Assembly: GCF_000315625.1 (NCBI RefSeq)
Contig: NW_005434650.1
Location: 628,369 to 692,368 of the forward strand
Source: Guillardia theta CCMP2712
Lineage: Eukaryota > Protista > Cryptophyta
DNA length: 64,000 bases
Reading direction: 5' to 3'
A program made the position numbers and the translations under genes. Below are positions 13,329-23,642 of this stretch, piece after piece (the stretch's first letter is position 1; every line of letters begins with the position of its first letter). Under the pieces are notes generated by a model. That model ran no database searches, was not told the DNA's origin, and worked only from the letters and a program-made list of their open reading frames with translations.

Positions 13329-13515
13329 TCCCTCTCCCTCTCCCTCTCCCTCTCCCTCTCCCTCTCCCTCTCCCTCCTCCCTCCTCCCTCTTCCTCCCTC
13401 TCCCTCTCCCTCTCCCTCTCCCTCTCCCTCTCCCTCTCCCTCTCCCTCTCCCTCTCCCTCTCCCTCTCCCTCTCCCTCTCCCTCTCCCTCTCCCTCTCCC
13501 TCCCTCCCCTCTCCT
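13329..13515. repeat. (CTCTCC)n hexanucleotide microsatellite immediately upstream of the C2-WD40 start codon
   Basis: Visible tandem cctctc array with one interruption. Confidence 0.95.
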
Positions 13516-13839
13516 CTCGTTCTCGCCCCTGCGGTCTTAACAGTAGTAACCCAGCGCCATTCCCACAAACTGTCCAACGGAGGTGGGTGAGACAGGCTAT
13601 TCAGGGGGGTAGGGGTAGGTGGAATCAGATCCACCGACAGCAACTAGCAGACAGCATAGAAGAGATCATGGTATCATGAACAATCAAGCGAGAAGTTGTA
13701 AAGATATGATGTGTCAGACTCGCTGCTGTCTGCTTCCTACCCATGAGGCACGTGAAGGGGACTTGTGTGGTGGTTGGAGACGAGTGGAGAATTATCACAG
13801 TCAACAATAGCAAAATGACTTTGTGTTTCACTGACGCCT

Positions 13840-15290
13840 CTACTCTTCGTTTCTGCATGCAACCTGTGCTTTCTTCGTGTCTTCGTCCGCCGTCTCTCCT
13901 CCCGTTGTCCACATCAGTCTGCGATTCAAGTTAGCCTCGATCAACATCCCAGGAAGAAGAAGCAAAGACCTCCGTTCTTCCTCAGAGAAGCTCTCCAATG
14001 ACAATCCTTCTCTCACTCTCAACTGCTATAGCATCACCCAAGAGCAGCAGATGGCAGACTCTTCTTCCAACCTCTCGCACCCCCAAGTGGTTTAAAGTAG
14101 CGTATTGATACAAAAGACGATCTGCCTCGTGAGGCTCCAAGTCTGCATCGCCGAGGTCAAGACCCACAGGAGATGGTTCGCATGCTTGCCAGACCTGTCA
14201 TCTTTCCTCCCAGCGCCAGCTCCCGCTTCCTCCTCCCCCTGGCGAACAGGTCATCGTGCTCAAAGCGTATGCTGGAAGGCGGCCACTCCCACCAGTGAAT
14301 GCAGATTCCCGCTGCAACGCTGACGTTGAAACTCTCCGTCAGCCCTGACAAAATTCAACGACGTCATGACCAACTCAGATTGAAAGGATAGCATCTTGTG
14401 ATCGTTTACACAGGGGAATACATGAATACCATGCATGTCAATGCAGAAATCGCCATCGCACAGCTCTGACATCTCCTGTGAGTTACTTAAGCTCCTGGTG
14501 TAAGGCGTCGCTTCTTCTCACCGAGGAGACGCCATTCTTCTCGTTGCCTATGATCAATGCTGTCTTCTTGCCGAAGTCAACCTCACTGGCAGGAATATGA
14601 GTCCTCTCTCCCTCCTCCTTCAAGATTGCCTGAGCTCTACAGGGTTTCTCGCGGTGTCAGTTTGAGGGTTTCGTGGCTTGGCAGCGAGGATCTGGGAAAA
14701 ACCTTCTTGACGGAGGTGATGCAGGCAGTCTCCAGCGGTCTACGAATGAGAGTGACAACCCTCCAGCTGGCACCCAGCACTCACGTTGTGGAAGTGAATC
14801 CTCAGCCACTGCTCCCCGCCTTTCGTGATCGACTTGGAGAGGCTGGTCCTTCTTTGCGGCTTGTCCCTCACATAGCGGATGACATGCAGGTCGAGCAGCC
14901 CCAACGCCTCCGCCGTTCGCATCACTGCCGCATGGTTCCCAGGGTCTTGCACCCCATCAATGACAATTCGAAATCCGGACATCCTGTTAAGGACAGCTCT
15001 CTGCAGCTTTGCGAGCCTCTGAGGAAGAGCGCTGATTACAACCGATATCTCAGCAGCTCAAGCCCTCTTGCCTGAGGAGCGACGGGCAACAGCATGTGAA
15101 TCATCGGCCCCCTGCCAGCCTGAAATACCAATCACATCTCCCGAACGAGTGTCTAGCAGCAGCTCTGCTGCTATCGCTCTCCTACCCTGACAAGTTTCAG
15201 ATCTCCCCACTGCCCTAGCCCCCTCAGCATACTCCCATCCTCTTGCCTGCTCTGCCTCACTCCGTCCTCCCTACCCCAGTCCCCCTACAC
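13840..15290 (-). CDS. SPOUT-class tRNA/rRNA 2'-O-methyltransferase (TrmH/SpoU family); both ends approximate
   Basis: IVIDGVQDPGNHAAVMRTAEALG (motif 1), GNEKNG (motif 2), IDMHG|LTESFNVSVAAGI (motif 3). Confidence 0.88.
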
Positions 15291-15412
15291 GTGTTTGATC
15301 GCCCGATCGGACGAGTGCATGTTTCAAGGGGCTATCCCTCGTCCCCCCGCTGATCCATTCCGTTCAGCTGCTGCTTATGCTGCTCACATTTGAGCGTGAG
15401 GCCGAGATTAAG

Positions 15413-15543
15413 TAGAGGAGAGGAGAGGAGAGGAGGGGAGAGGAGTGGAGAGAGGAGGAGAGGAGAGGAGAGGAGAGGAGAGGAACAGGGAAGAGAGGAG
15501 AGGAGAGAGGTGAGGTGAGGACAGGAGAGGTGAGGTGAGGAGA
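15413..15543. repeat. (GGAGA)n-type pentanucleotide microsatellite directly upstream of the pseudokinase ATG
   Basis: Degenerate gagag/aggag array. Confidence 0.9.
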
Positions 15544-15545
15544 CA

Positions 15546-18503
15546 ATGGACTCGTTGGCAATTGTGAAGGACATTCTGGTGCTGGTCCAATGCTTGGTCG
15601 AAGACAGCTCCTTTCTGGCATTGTGCAAGAAGACGAAGTTGGAAGAGGGCCTTAACACCCTGGTTGACATGAAAGAGAAAACCGCCAACATGAAATGGCC
15701 TAATGTCCCATCAGATATGACGCTCAACAGGCTGCTGAGGTTGCTCGCTGTGACCAAAGGGTTCCTCGGCTCGTTTAAAGATCCGCGGAAGAGTTCTGAT
15801 GAGCTTGAAGTGTTCGAGAAGAGCATAGAAGGGACGATTCAGTCAGTCACAGGATTCTGGCAGAAAGCTCTTGTTGAAGCAGCCAACCCCGATGAAGAAG
15901 AGGATGCCGATTGGTGGCCATTCGACGTGCAGATGAAGACTTTGGAAGGGTTCACACCGGAGACCCTGGAGATTGATAGGAACCTGCAGGGGTTGCCAGT
16001 GAAGCAGATCTATGCTGGAGAGGGGAAGATCATCGGTGTGGGAACATACGACGGGGTAGAGGTTCATGTAAAGATGCCGAACAAGAATCTCTACAACTCA
16101 GCGATAGTCAAGAAAGCCCTGGAGGAATTCTCAACAGAGAAGTGCATGCTTGAAGCTATGTTTCATCCATACATTGCCACATGCCTGGGGGGCCTAACAG
16201 TTGACCCGCAATCTAATCAGCCTCTGATGTGGCTGGTATACGAGAAGTTCAGCATGAATCTGGTTGATGCTGTGAATAAGAAGGTGCTGGAGAGCGAGGA
16301 CACACGGCTGCGAATCATCTGGGGGGTCCTGCAAGCCATCTCTTACTTGCATGTTGAGTTTCGACCCCCTGAGGGTGACAAGACTCAGCCTTTCATCTTG
16401 GGCAACTTGAAGCCGAGCGATATCATGCTGGTTACCGACAATATCCCGAAGCTGTTCGAGCTTGGACGAACCAAGGTCAGCGACAAGTACCTGCGATCGT
16501 TGACTGGGATACCAGTGGTCATCGAGTACATGGCGCCCGAGCAGATCAAGTCGCACCAGATGACGACAGAGGCAGATATCTACTCCTTCGGGCTTGTTGC
16601 ACGTTACGTATGGACGGGCAAGACGCCGACGAATGAAGGGCGGCCTGTGTCAAAGGTAGCTACATCTTCTGCAGCAGAGCGTTGGATGCCGAACAGGTTG
16701 ATGGACGGAATGCCCAACGGAATCTCTGCCACACTCCATCAATGCATCAAGCCAGACCCGAGCAATCGACCAGATGCAAAGCAAGCTCTTCACAAGATGA
16801 AGTTCGAGATGGGGATGATTAAACAATCAATCATGCACGGGGGCGATGTCAACGGACAGAACGAGATGCCATTCTGGCGGGAGCTGAACATCTGGAAGTT
16901 TGGAGATCCGGACACTGAGTCCGGCAGCCTGACCAGCTCGAGGGTGTTTGACGATGACGATGATGATTCTGGCTTCGACGACGATCTCTACGGGATCAAG
17001 CAAGCGACGATCGACAAGTTGGACTCCATAATTGAGCAGTTTGAGCAGGTAAGTGACCTGGGGAAGGCGAATGGTGCTGACGATGAATGCCCAGCAAATC
17101 AACGAGAAGAAGCTTCTGATGGATTCAGATGAGCTGATGCAGCTGAAAAAGACAGTGTCGTCTGAGACCATGAAGGCAAGCTTCAATGAGATCATTGAAA
17201 GTATCAAACAGTCTGGGATGCCGGACCCCGGGTTGGGACCGGGAGATTCGGAAAAGAAGCTCGTGGAGCTGTGTGAAGCGACCTTCTTCACAAAAGCAAC
17301 GGGGGCGAAGTCTAAGTCTGAGCTTGCGAGAGTAGAGCGTGACCTGTCGAGCATGAAGGGTATGTGGATTGAAGGTGGAGAAAAAGGATTTTGATCGCGC
17401 TATGCAGACGCATTCAGCATCGTTCTGTACAGATCAGAAGAAGAGTCAGGAAAAGACATGCATCTAGTTGAGCTACACTTGAACGGGGTAAAGCTCGATG
17501 CGCAAATTCTTACATGAAAGTTGAATTTATGTTTCAAGGGCTTCACTTGGAAGTTCTTGAAGGAGATGTTGGTTCAGAAACTGGGAATGAAAGAGGTGAG
17601 TGTCCTTTTGAACATGTTTCGACCAGTTTTGCAGTGAATGCACTTTCACTCTCCGTCATCTCCCGACGCCTTGTGGAGGACTGATGGGTTGACGCAGATC
17701 CATGGGATAAAGTTCGAGCTCATGGATTCGTCGGAGCAGTATCTGTGCCGAAATGAGGACGAGTGGATGGTGTGCTTGATTATTTTCAATCCGTGACAGC
17801 CTCTCACGTAGCTGGCAAGACCTGTGTACAGGCGATACTGAAGCAGCCGGAGGCGATGGCGAAGGCCTACCTCATGAGGGAGGTGACACGCTCCCCTGCT
17901 GCTGATGCGACCGTTGAAGTTGGTGGTTGCAAACGCAGGCGCCCATGAAGGCGTTCAAGGTTTCGTTGCCGGTGACGCTATCGAAGGGAGGGGAGGTGGG
18001 GAGGTTGCTGACCACGAAAGCAGGTCAGCACGAGCTCTCAGCCCGCGTTCCACAAGAAGAAGATCTCTTACGAGAACTTCTACGACTCGCCCGTCATGTA
18101 CATCCTGTCGAGCAACAGTCAGGTGGGTCGAGTTTCCGTCTCTACAGGGGAGTCATTCTGGATTTCCTGCAGAACGTGCAGCCGTCGAAGGATACGAAGA
18201 TCTTCGTGAAGAAGAGGGAGAAGGCAGATTCCGCTTGCTGCTCTCACAAAGTACTGACGCTTCTCCTCAAGACGGCGGTGAACTTCAGGATACGATCCTC
18301 GACCAGAGCAAAGGAGGAGGTAAGTTCGAGCCTGCCTGAGTTTCAGGTGGATGGAGAAGTTGACAAGTGATGGCTAGACTTCTTATCTGTACCTGACGGA
18401 GACTGAGACGAACATCGTCCACACACTGAAGGTGATGCAGAGACATCGGGAGAGTGAGCTGACGCTGGAGCAGATCTTCGTGAAGTGGAGCGAGGAAGGT
18501 TGA
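15546..18503 (+). CDS. N-terminal helical bundle + TKL-like pseudokinase + C-terminal extension (possible PB1-like segment); multi-exon
   Basis: Kinase-fold motifs VHVK, HPYI, YMAPE, DIYSFG present, but HRD reads LGN and DFG reads ELG; downstream exons splice to ...IFVKWSEEG* at 18503. Confidence 0.75.
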
Positions 18504-18814
18504 GTTTCCAAATTAAGGGCCAGGGCTATGTAAATAAGAATTGATCGCGAGCAATGAATATCCATTTCATGATGGTATAGCGTTTGACCTGGACAGCATA
18601 CATGGCGGCACTGATACCATCATAGCATTGGCTGATTTGCTACCAACATACTCGGTCGGGCAAACTCTCAGTCTACCCGGCGGGCCGCCGGGTCCTGTCC
18701 GGGACCGTTACGGTCCATAAACAGTTTGCAGGCGGCCATGAAGGACTCTGGAACCAGACAGTAGGGAGGGAGAAGAGGGGAGGGTTGAGAGAGAGAGGCG
18801 CGAGGCTCTGAGAG

Positions 18815-20844
18815 ATGGCATGCATGGTATCGATACAGGTAGAGACATGTGTAGAGTCCCTCAAGGAGATAACAAGTACACAGCAATGGTGATGGTCCGG
18901 GGCGGATAGAGTAGTGATGTTTTCGTTCGATTCACAATATTACGTACAAGTCGATCTTTCTGTGATGAAAGTGTTTCATTCTTACAGGATCATCTTACTC
19001 TTGGCCGGAAGAAATTATCTTTCAGTTGCTCGATGCAGCGGCATCCACCGACTCCCCTCCACACAACGATACAGGTTCGTCTTAACATTCGGGCGACCCA
19101 GGAGCTGGTGTTGAACAGTAGTTGACATGTTCGGAGCAGGACTATGCTTTTGAGAGCAGCCTGGAGTTTTCAGATGGGGGCTCGTTGTTCTACAAAGGAT
19201 ACAAGATCTCGAGCAGGTTCTGCCCCGCATGCTGTGGACCTAACGCTGGTAAAGTTTCAACAGAGGTTTGTCCGGACCGTCGGGCTCGGAGCCCAAGTCA
19301 GGTACTACTAGAGCTCCTGTCTCCCACCACCTCGTCTGAAGATGAGCAGGGCTGAGCGTTCACGACCTTGAGTTCACTAGTGAGATCGGGAAGGGGTCGA
19401 GCAGTGTGGGTGAGCACCGTCGGTCGATTTTATCCGATGTGTCAGTAATGTGCATGTCAGTATGGACAGCCCAAGTCCTGACATCTCCTGATCTGCTTCA
19501 TCCCCATGGATCGCCGACAACAGTTGCTGTGAAGGAAGGGAGTCCATCAAACCCTTGATGAGCCGATGACGAGGATGTACAGGTCATGCATACTGTTCAC
19601 GATCCCGACCTGCGGAGACAGCTATTTGCCGAGCTGCAGGTCATGCTGGAACGAAATTTCAAGAGTTCCTGGTCTGATCGTGGAGCAGAACATTTGCCCG
19701 AAGTTGCAAGCGAAGCCCTGCAGGAACATTGCGAAGATTTTCGATGTTCTCTACAACAAGGTGGTGACATCTTCGCAGTAGTGGCTCAACTGACCAGGAG
19801 GTTCAGGACGGAGATCGGTTATTCATTGTGTTGGAATTCTGCAACGTTGGCTCGGTCGATGACGTTGATTGATCGCTCTTGCTGGATTTACTCATAAGGT
19901 GTTTGCAGCTGGACAGGGTGATCAAGACCTGTGGGCCGGCACCTGAGGCGATGCTCTCAGTTATCGTTAGACAGGTCAAAGAGACCAATTTTACTCAGCA
20001 TCTCTGACTTCAGTTGAAAGCTCTTCTTTGGGCTCTCGTACCTTTTCGAGGCAGGTGGGAGCATGTCCGATGCCCCAGCTGGCTCAGAGTGAGATCGATT
20101 CTTGTAGGGATACAGCATCGGGACATCAAACCGGCCAACATTCTCATGAACAGGTCAAACTCTCCAACTCACAGATGCAACGTGCATGACAACGTGGGAT
20201 CAGCAAGGGGGAAGTGAAGATCACAGACTTCGGCTCGAGGTGAGAAGGCTGTGTGAGGAAACTGGAATTTCCTTTGCTAAGGATGCAACAGCAAGGCAGA
20301 TGTGAAGTCAGAGACGTTCTGCGGAACGACGAGGTCTATTCGAATGTGCGTTGACGATTGGTTGTGATGTTCGACAGATACATGTCACCGGAGCGGCTCA
20401 ACGGGAATACATACGGTGGAATCTCTTACTCACTGATGAGCTCGCAGTAGCACAGATGCTGACTGGTCGTCAGGCTGGCAGGCAGACGTGTGGGCGGCTG
20501 GCGTCGTCATGCTTGAGGTCCTCTCTCCCGTCCATGTCGTCGGAGCTCAAGGTCTCTGTGCAGGCTGGAATGGGAAAACATCCTTATCAGGCCGTCTACG
20601 GCGAGGACTGCAGGTGTGCAATGCTCAACCAAGTTGGAAAGGTGACAGGCTGATGAAAACAGTTTTGTCGCAATGCTGGAGTACACACAGAAGCCAATGC
20701 CGTAAGTTGATGTTGGCCAGCCTGTCAATGACGTTCCTTCTCATGTCAGACAACTTGGCGAGAACTACTCTGAATCCGCAAGAAATTTCGCAAGCCTCTG
20801 CGTCGTAGAGGTAAAAATGGCTCTACAGTGCCCCTTCTCCTTCT

Positions 20845-20893
<49 letters not shown>

Positions 20894-21053
20894 TCATCTG
20901 AGATCGCTACAGAATCCTATGTTGCGACCGAGCCCTGTTCAGCTTCTCCCGGGAGGAGAGTCAGATCTTTCGTGCGCCCATCCCTTCATTGCAGAGCATT
21001 CGAGTCTTACCAGCATCGTAGATCGAGCATATCCTAGTATGCGGCTGTACTGA
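18815..21053 (+). CDS. MAP kinase kinase (STE7/MEK family), highly intron-rich; start approximate
   Basis: EIGKGSSSV, VAVKE, RRQLFAELQ, LFIVLEFCNVGS, HRDIKPANILMN|SKGEVKITDFG, TFCGT, YMSPERLNG, DVWAAGVVMLE, GKHPY. Confidence 0.85.
20848..20891. repeat. (CCTG)n microsatellite in a MAP2K intron
   Basis: ~11 tandem ctgc units. Confidence 0.95.
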
Positions 21054-21185
21054 CGTCCCTTTCCAGAGCTTGCTTCCTTACATATCGAGAGCGATGAGCG
21101 GGATGTGACAAAGGCATCGGCAACAAGGAATTTGTACATTAATCTACTGAGGGAGGAGGGGGCAGGCAAATTCAACAGCTCTTCC

Positions 21186-22136
21186 TCATTCCTCCTCCCT
21201 CCACTTCTTCTCGTCAATCTTCACATTCTGCTCAATCTCCGCTGCCGCCTCCTCCACCTGCTGCCGGTTCCTCCCTTCGACCCCGATCCGCACCAGCCAT
21301 GGCCCCTCTTGCACGCTGGGGTAGCTTCCGATGTGCACGTGCGGATGCTGCGACAGCGTCACGGCGGAACAGAGCACGAGCATGATCACCTTGGACACGA
21401 CGGAGCTTAGAGCAGCCGCCATGTCACCCTCCCCAACCTTAGTGTAGAGGTCCATCGCATGAAACGAAGGTCCCGAGAAGTGGTGCTTGTGGGCAGCGAT
21501 CATGGGCTGGAAGAGGCGCGGGATGCCTGGCAGAATCAGGACGTTGTGGACGATGGCGAGAGGGACCCAGGGGACAGAGAGGCTCTCCGTGAAGCGAACC
21601 TGGCAGGGGGACGGCAGGGTCGCCATCCGCTTTCGCGCATCGGTGATCTCCAGCCCTCGGCCATGGTAGTATGCCGTCATGCGCTGCAGCGTCTCCTCGT
21701 GGACCTCCAAGGGGAGGGAAAACGCCCCTGCAATCGCCTCGTAGGTAACGTCGTCGTGCGTTGGGCCGATCCCTCCGCTCGTGAAAATCCAGCCGCCCTC
21801 CCCCACCATGTTCTTGAGCCTCAAAACGGATTCGACGATCTCTGCCTTATCGTCCCGCACGTACTCGACACGGACAGTGTCGACCCCTCGGCTATGTAGC
21901 GTCTTGCATAGGAAGGAGGAGTTGGAGTCTATGATGCTTCCTGAAAGGATCTGCCACCTCAAGTTCAGTGCAGGACCTCAACGCATTCTACAAACCTCGT
22001 CGCCGATTATGATGGCGGCAGCCTTGGGAAACTCGAGTTGAGGAGGAGACGAGGAGAGCAAGCGGCGACGAAGAGCATGAGGGGCAAGAGGGAGGACTCT
22101 ACCCGCAATCTTCCTCGCCCCTCCCCACCTCTGCAT
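21186..22136 (-). CDS. Molybdopterin-binding/CinA N-terminal (COG1058) domain protein, FAD/ADP-ribose pyrophosphatase-like, with putative mitochondrial presequence
   Basis: AAAIIIGDE|ILSGSIIDSNS, TSGGIGPTHDDVTYEAIA, ILPGIPRLF, IGSYP; Arg-rich acid-free N-terminus (MQRWGGARKIAGRVL..RRRLLSS). Confidence 0.88.
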
Positions 22137-22180
22137 CGCTCGCAGTAGCACTTGTGCTTGTATGCTTAGCTCATCTCTCT

Positions 22181-22523
22181 TTTTACTCAAAGTTAAGTTA
22201 AAATCAGTACGAGGACAATCAGGAGAGTCGAGCCCATCAGTTTACTCATCACCGTCGGCAGGTCCGGCCCGGCGGGCCGCCGGTCACACCGTCACCGTAC
22301 TGAGTCGGACTGCCAAAACTTCGGCGGCGGCCGGCGGGCGGGCCCGGCCTGGCACCGTGTGGCCGCTCGGACTCAGTAATGGCCGCAACTCCAAGTTAGG
22401 ACAGGAATTGACTTAACTTTGAGTAAAATCAAACGTTTCTCGTACTTTGAGTAAAATCATACGATTGAAGGACAGTGATTTCTAACTTAACTTTGAGTAA
22501 AGGGACTTAACTTTGAGTAAAGG
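22181..22523. mobile_element. Putative small non-autonomous inverted-repeat element (MITE-like)
   Basis: ttttactcaaagttaagt at 22181 is the reverse complement of acttaactttgagtaaa copies at ~22411, ~22485 and ~22505 (partial at ~22444); GC-rich palindromic core; no ORF; no clear TSD. Confidence 0.4.
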
Positions 22524-22729
22524 GACTGGCTGACGGAAGGCCTGTGGGCTGGACCAAATGACACAGTGTCCGGTCGAGTCAGTCCGATCACAGAGTCACT
22601 GAAGCCTGGCTAGTTCCGAAGTTCGGATCACCGTTGTGGGGCTCCTGGGCCCGGCCGGGTCGGCGTAAGTTTCTCGGCTGTGGAGGGTCGTTCCGGGTGG
22701 TGTGCCGAGGAAGTACCGGTGGTGGACGG

Positions 22730-23080
22730 ATGAGGGGTAGGGTTGCTCCCAAGGGATTGATGGTAAATCACTCTAATATCAAGGGGGTAGGGGTACCCTC
22801 CAGGGGTCACCGGGTATTCTCGGAGTTCAAGTTCGGTCTTTCAAGGGGTGGGGTGGGGTGGTTGGATGAAATGTGCCTGAGGAATCACTGCCTTTCACAT
22901 ACAAAAGAGGGTGGGTGGGGGTACAAGGATAAGGGGTAGGGGTACTGAATTTGGGGGTGAGTTATAACATGGACGGGTGTCAATGAATATAGTTGGCAGT
23001 CCAAGGTAGGGGTCCATATGCATAAGGTGGGGCAGATTGAAAAAAAGGGGGGTAGGGGTCCAGCAGAATCGTGGTGTTTG
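22730..23080. promoter_or_regulatory. GGGGTA/GGGGT-rich upstream block (one of several in the window)
   Basis: Repeated ggggtaggggt / ggggtggggt motifs between the divergent CinA-domain and membrane-protein genes; function inferred only from position. Confidence 0.35.
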
Positions 23081-23642
23081 GGGAATGCATCGAAGGGAAA
23101 CTGCGATGGCGACAAATCACGAGGGATGGGGTGGAATGGTTGCGACGAGGAGGAGAGAAGGAGGGGAAGCAGCATGCGAGAGCTGAAGGAGGAGGAGGAG
23201 GAGGAGGAAGAGGTGCTGGTAATAACCTGAAAGGACCGAGGGCATGTTGTTGATTTCAGAGAGGACAGCATAGGACTAGTGGCGCGGGCACGTGAGGGTT
23301 GCAAGAAGGTGCTGAGGAGGTGGCGAGGAGGTGACACGAAAGAGAGGACAACATCAATGATGACTCGAAAACGTTTGTCGTAGCAAGGCGATTGCGATCC
23401 TGCGGAATTAATCCTCCGATAAGGTTTAACGATGCATGAAATGTGTCAGGATTGGAGTGAAGTCAGGGTTCCAAAGAGATTCATTGTTCAGATTGAGCAG
23501 GTACATAGATACTACAGATGAGCAACAAGTTTCATGGTTAGATTGTGACACAAGCAAGGATAGGAGTCGATTGTTTCTTGAAGTGACTGGAAATCTGTAC
23601 AGGCGGTTCGATTGTAGTACAAGTGGGTGGAAACAAATAAAC

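Noticed and set aside
13241-13643. ORFs with (LP)n / (GE)n repeats
   Set aside because: Translations of a hexanucleotide microsatellite; no coding evidence.
22730-23080. Telomere or interstitial telomeric repeat
   Set aside because: G-rich motifs are dispersed and irregular, not a tandem TTTAGGG-type array.
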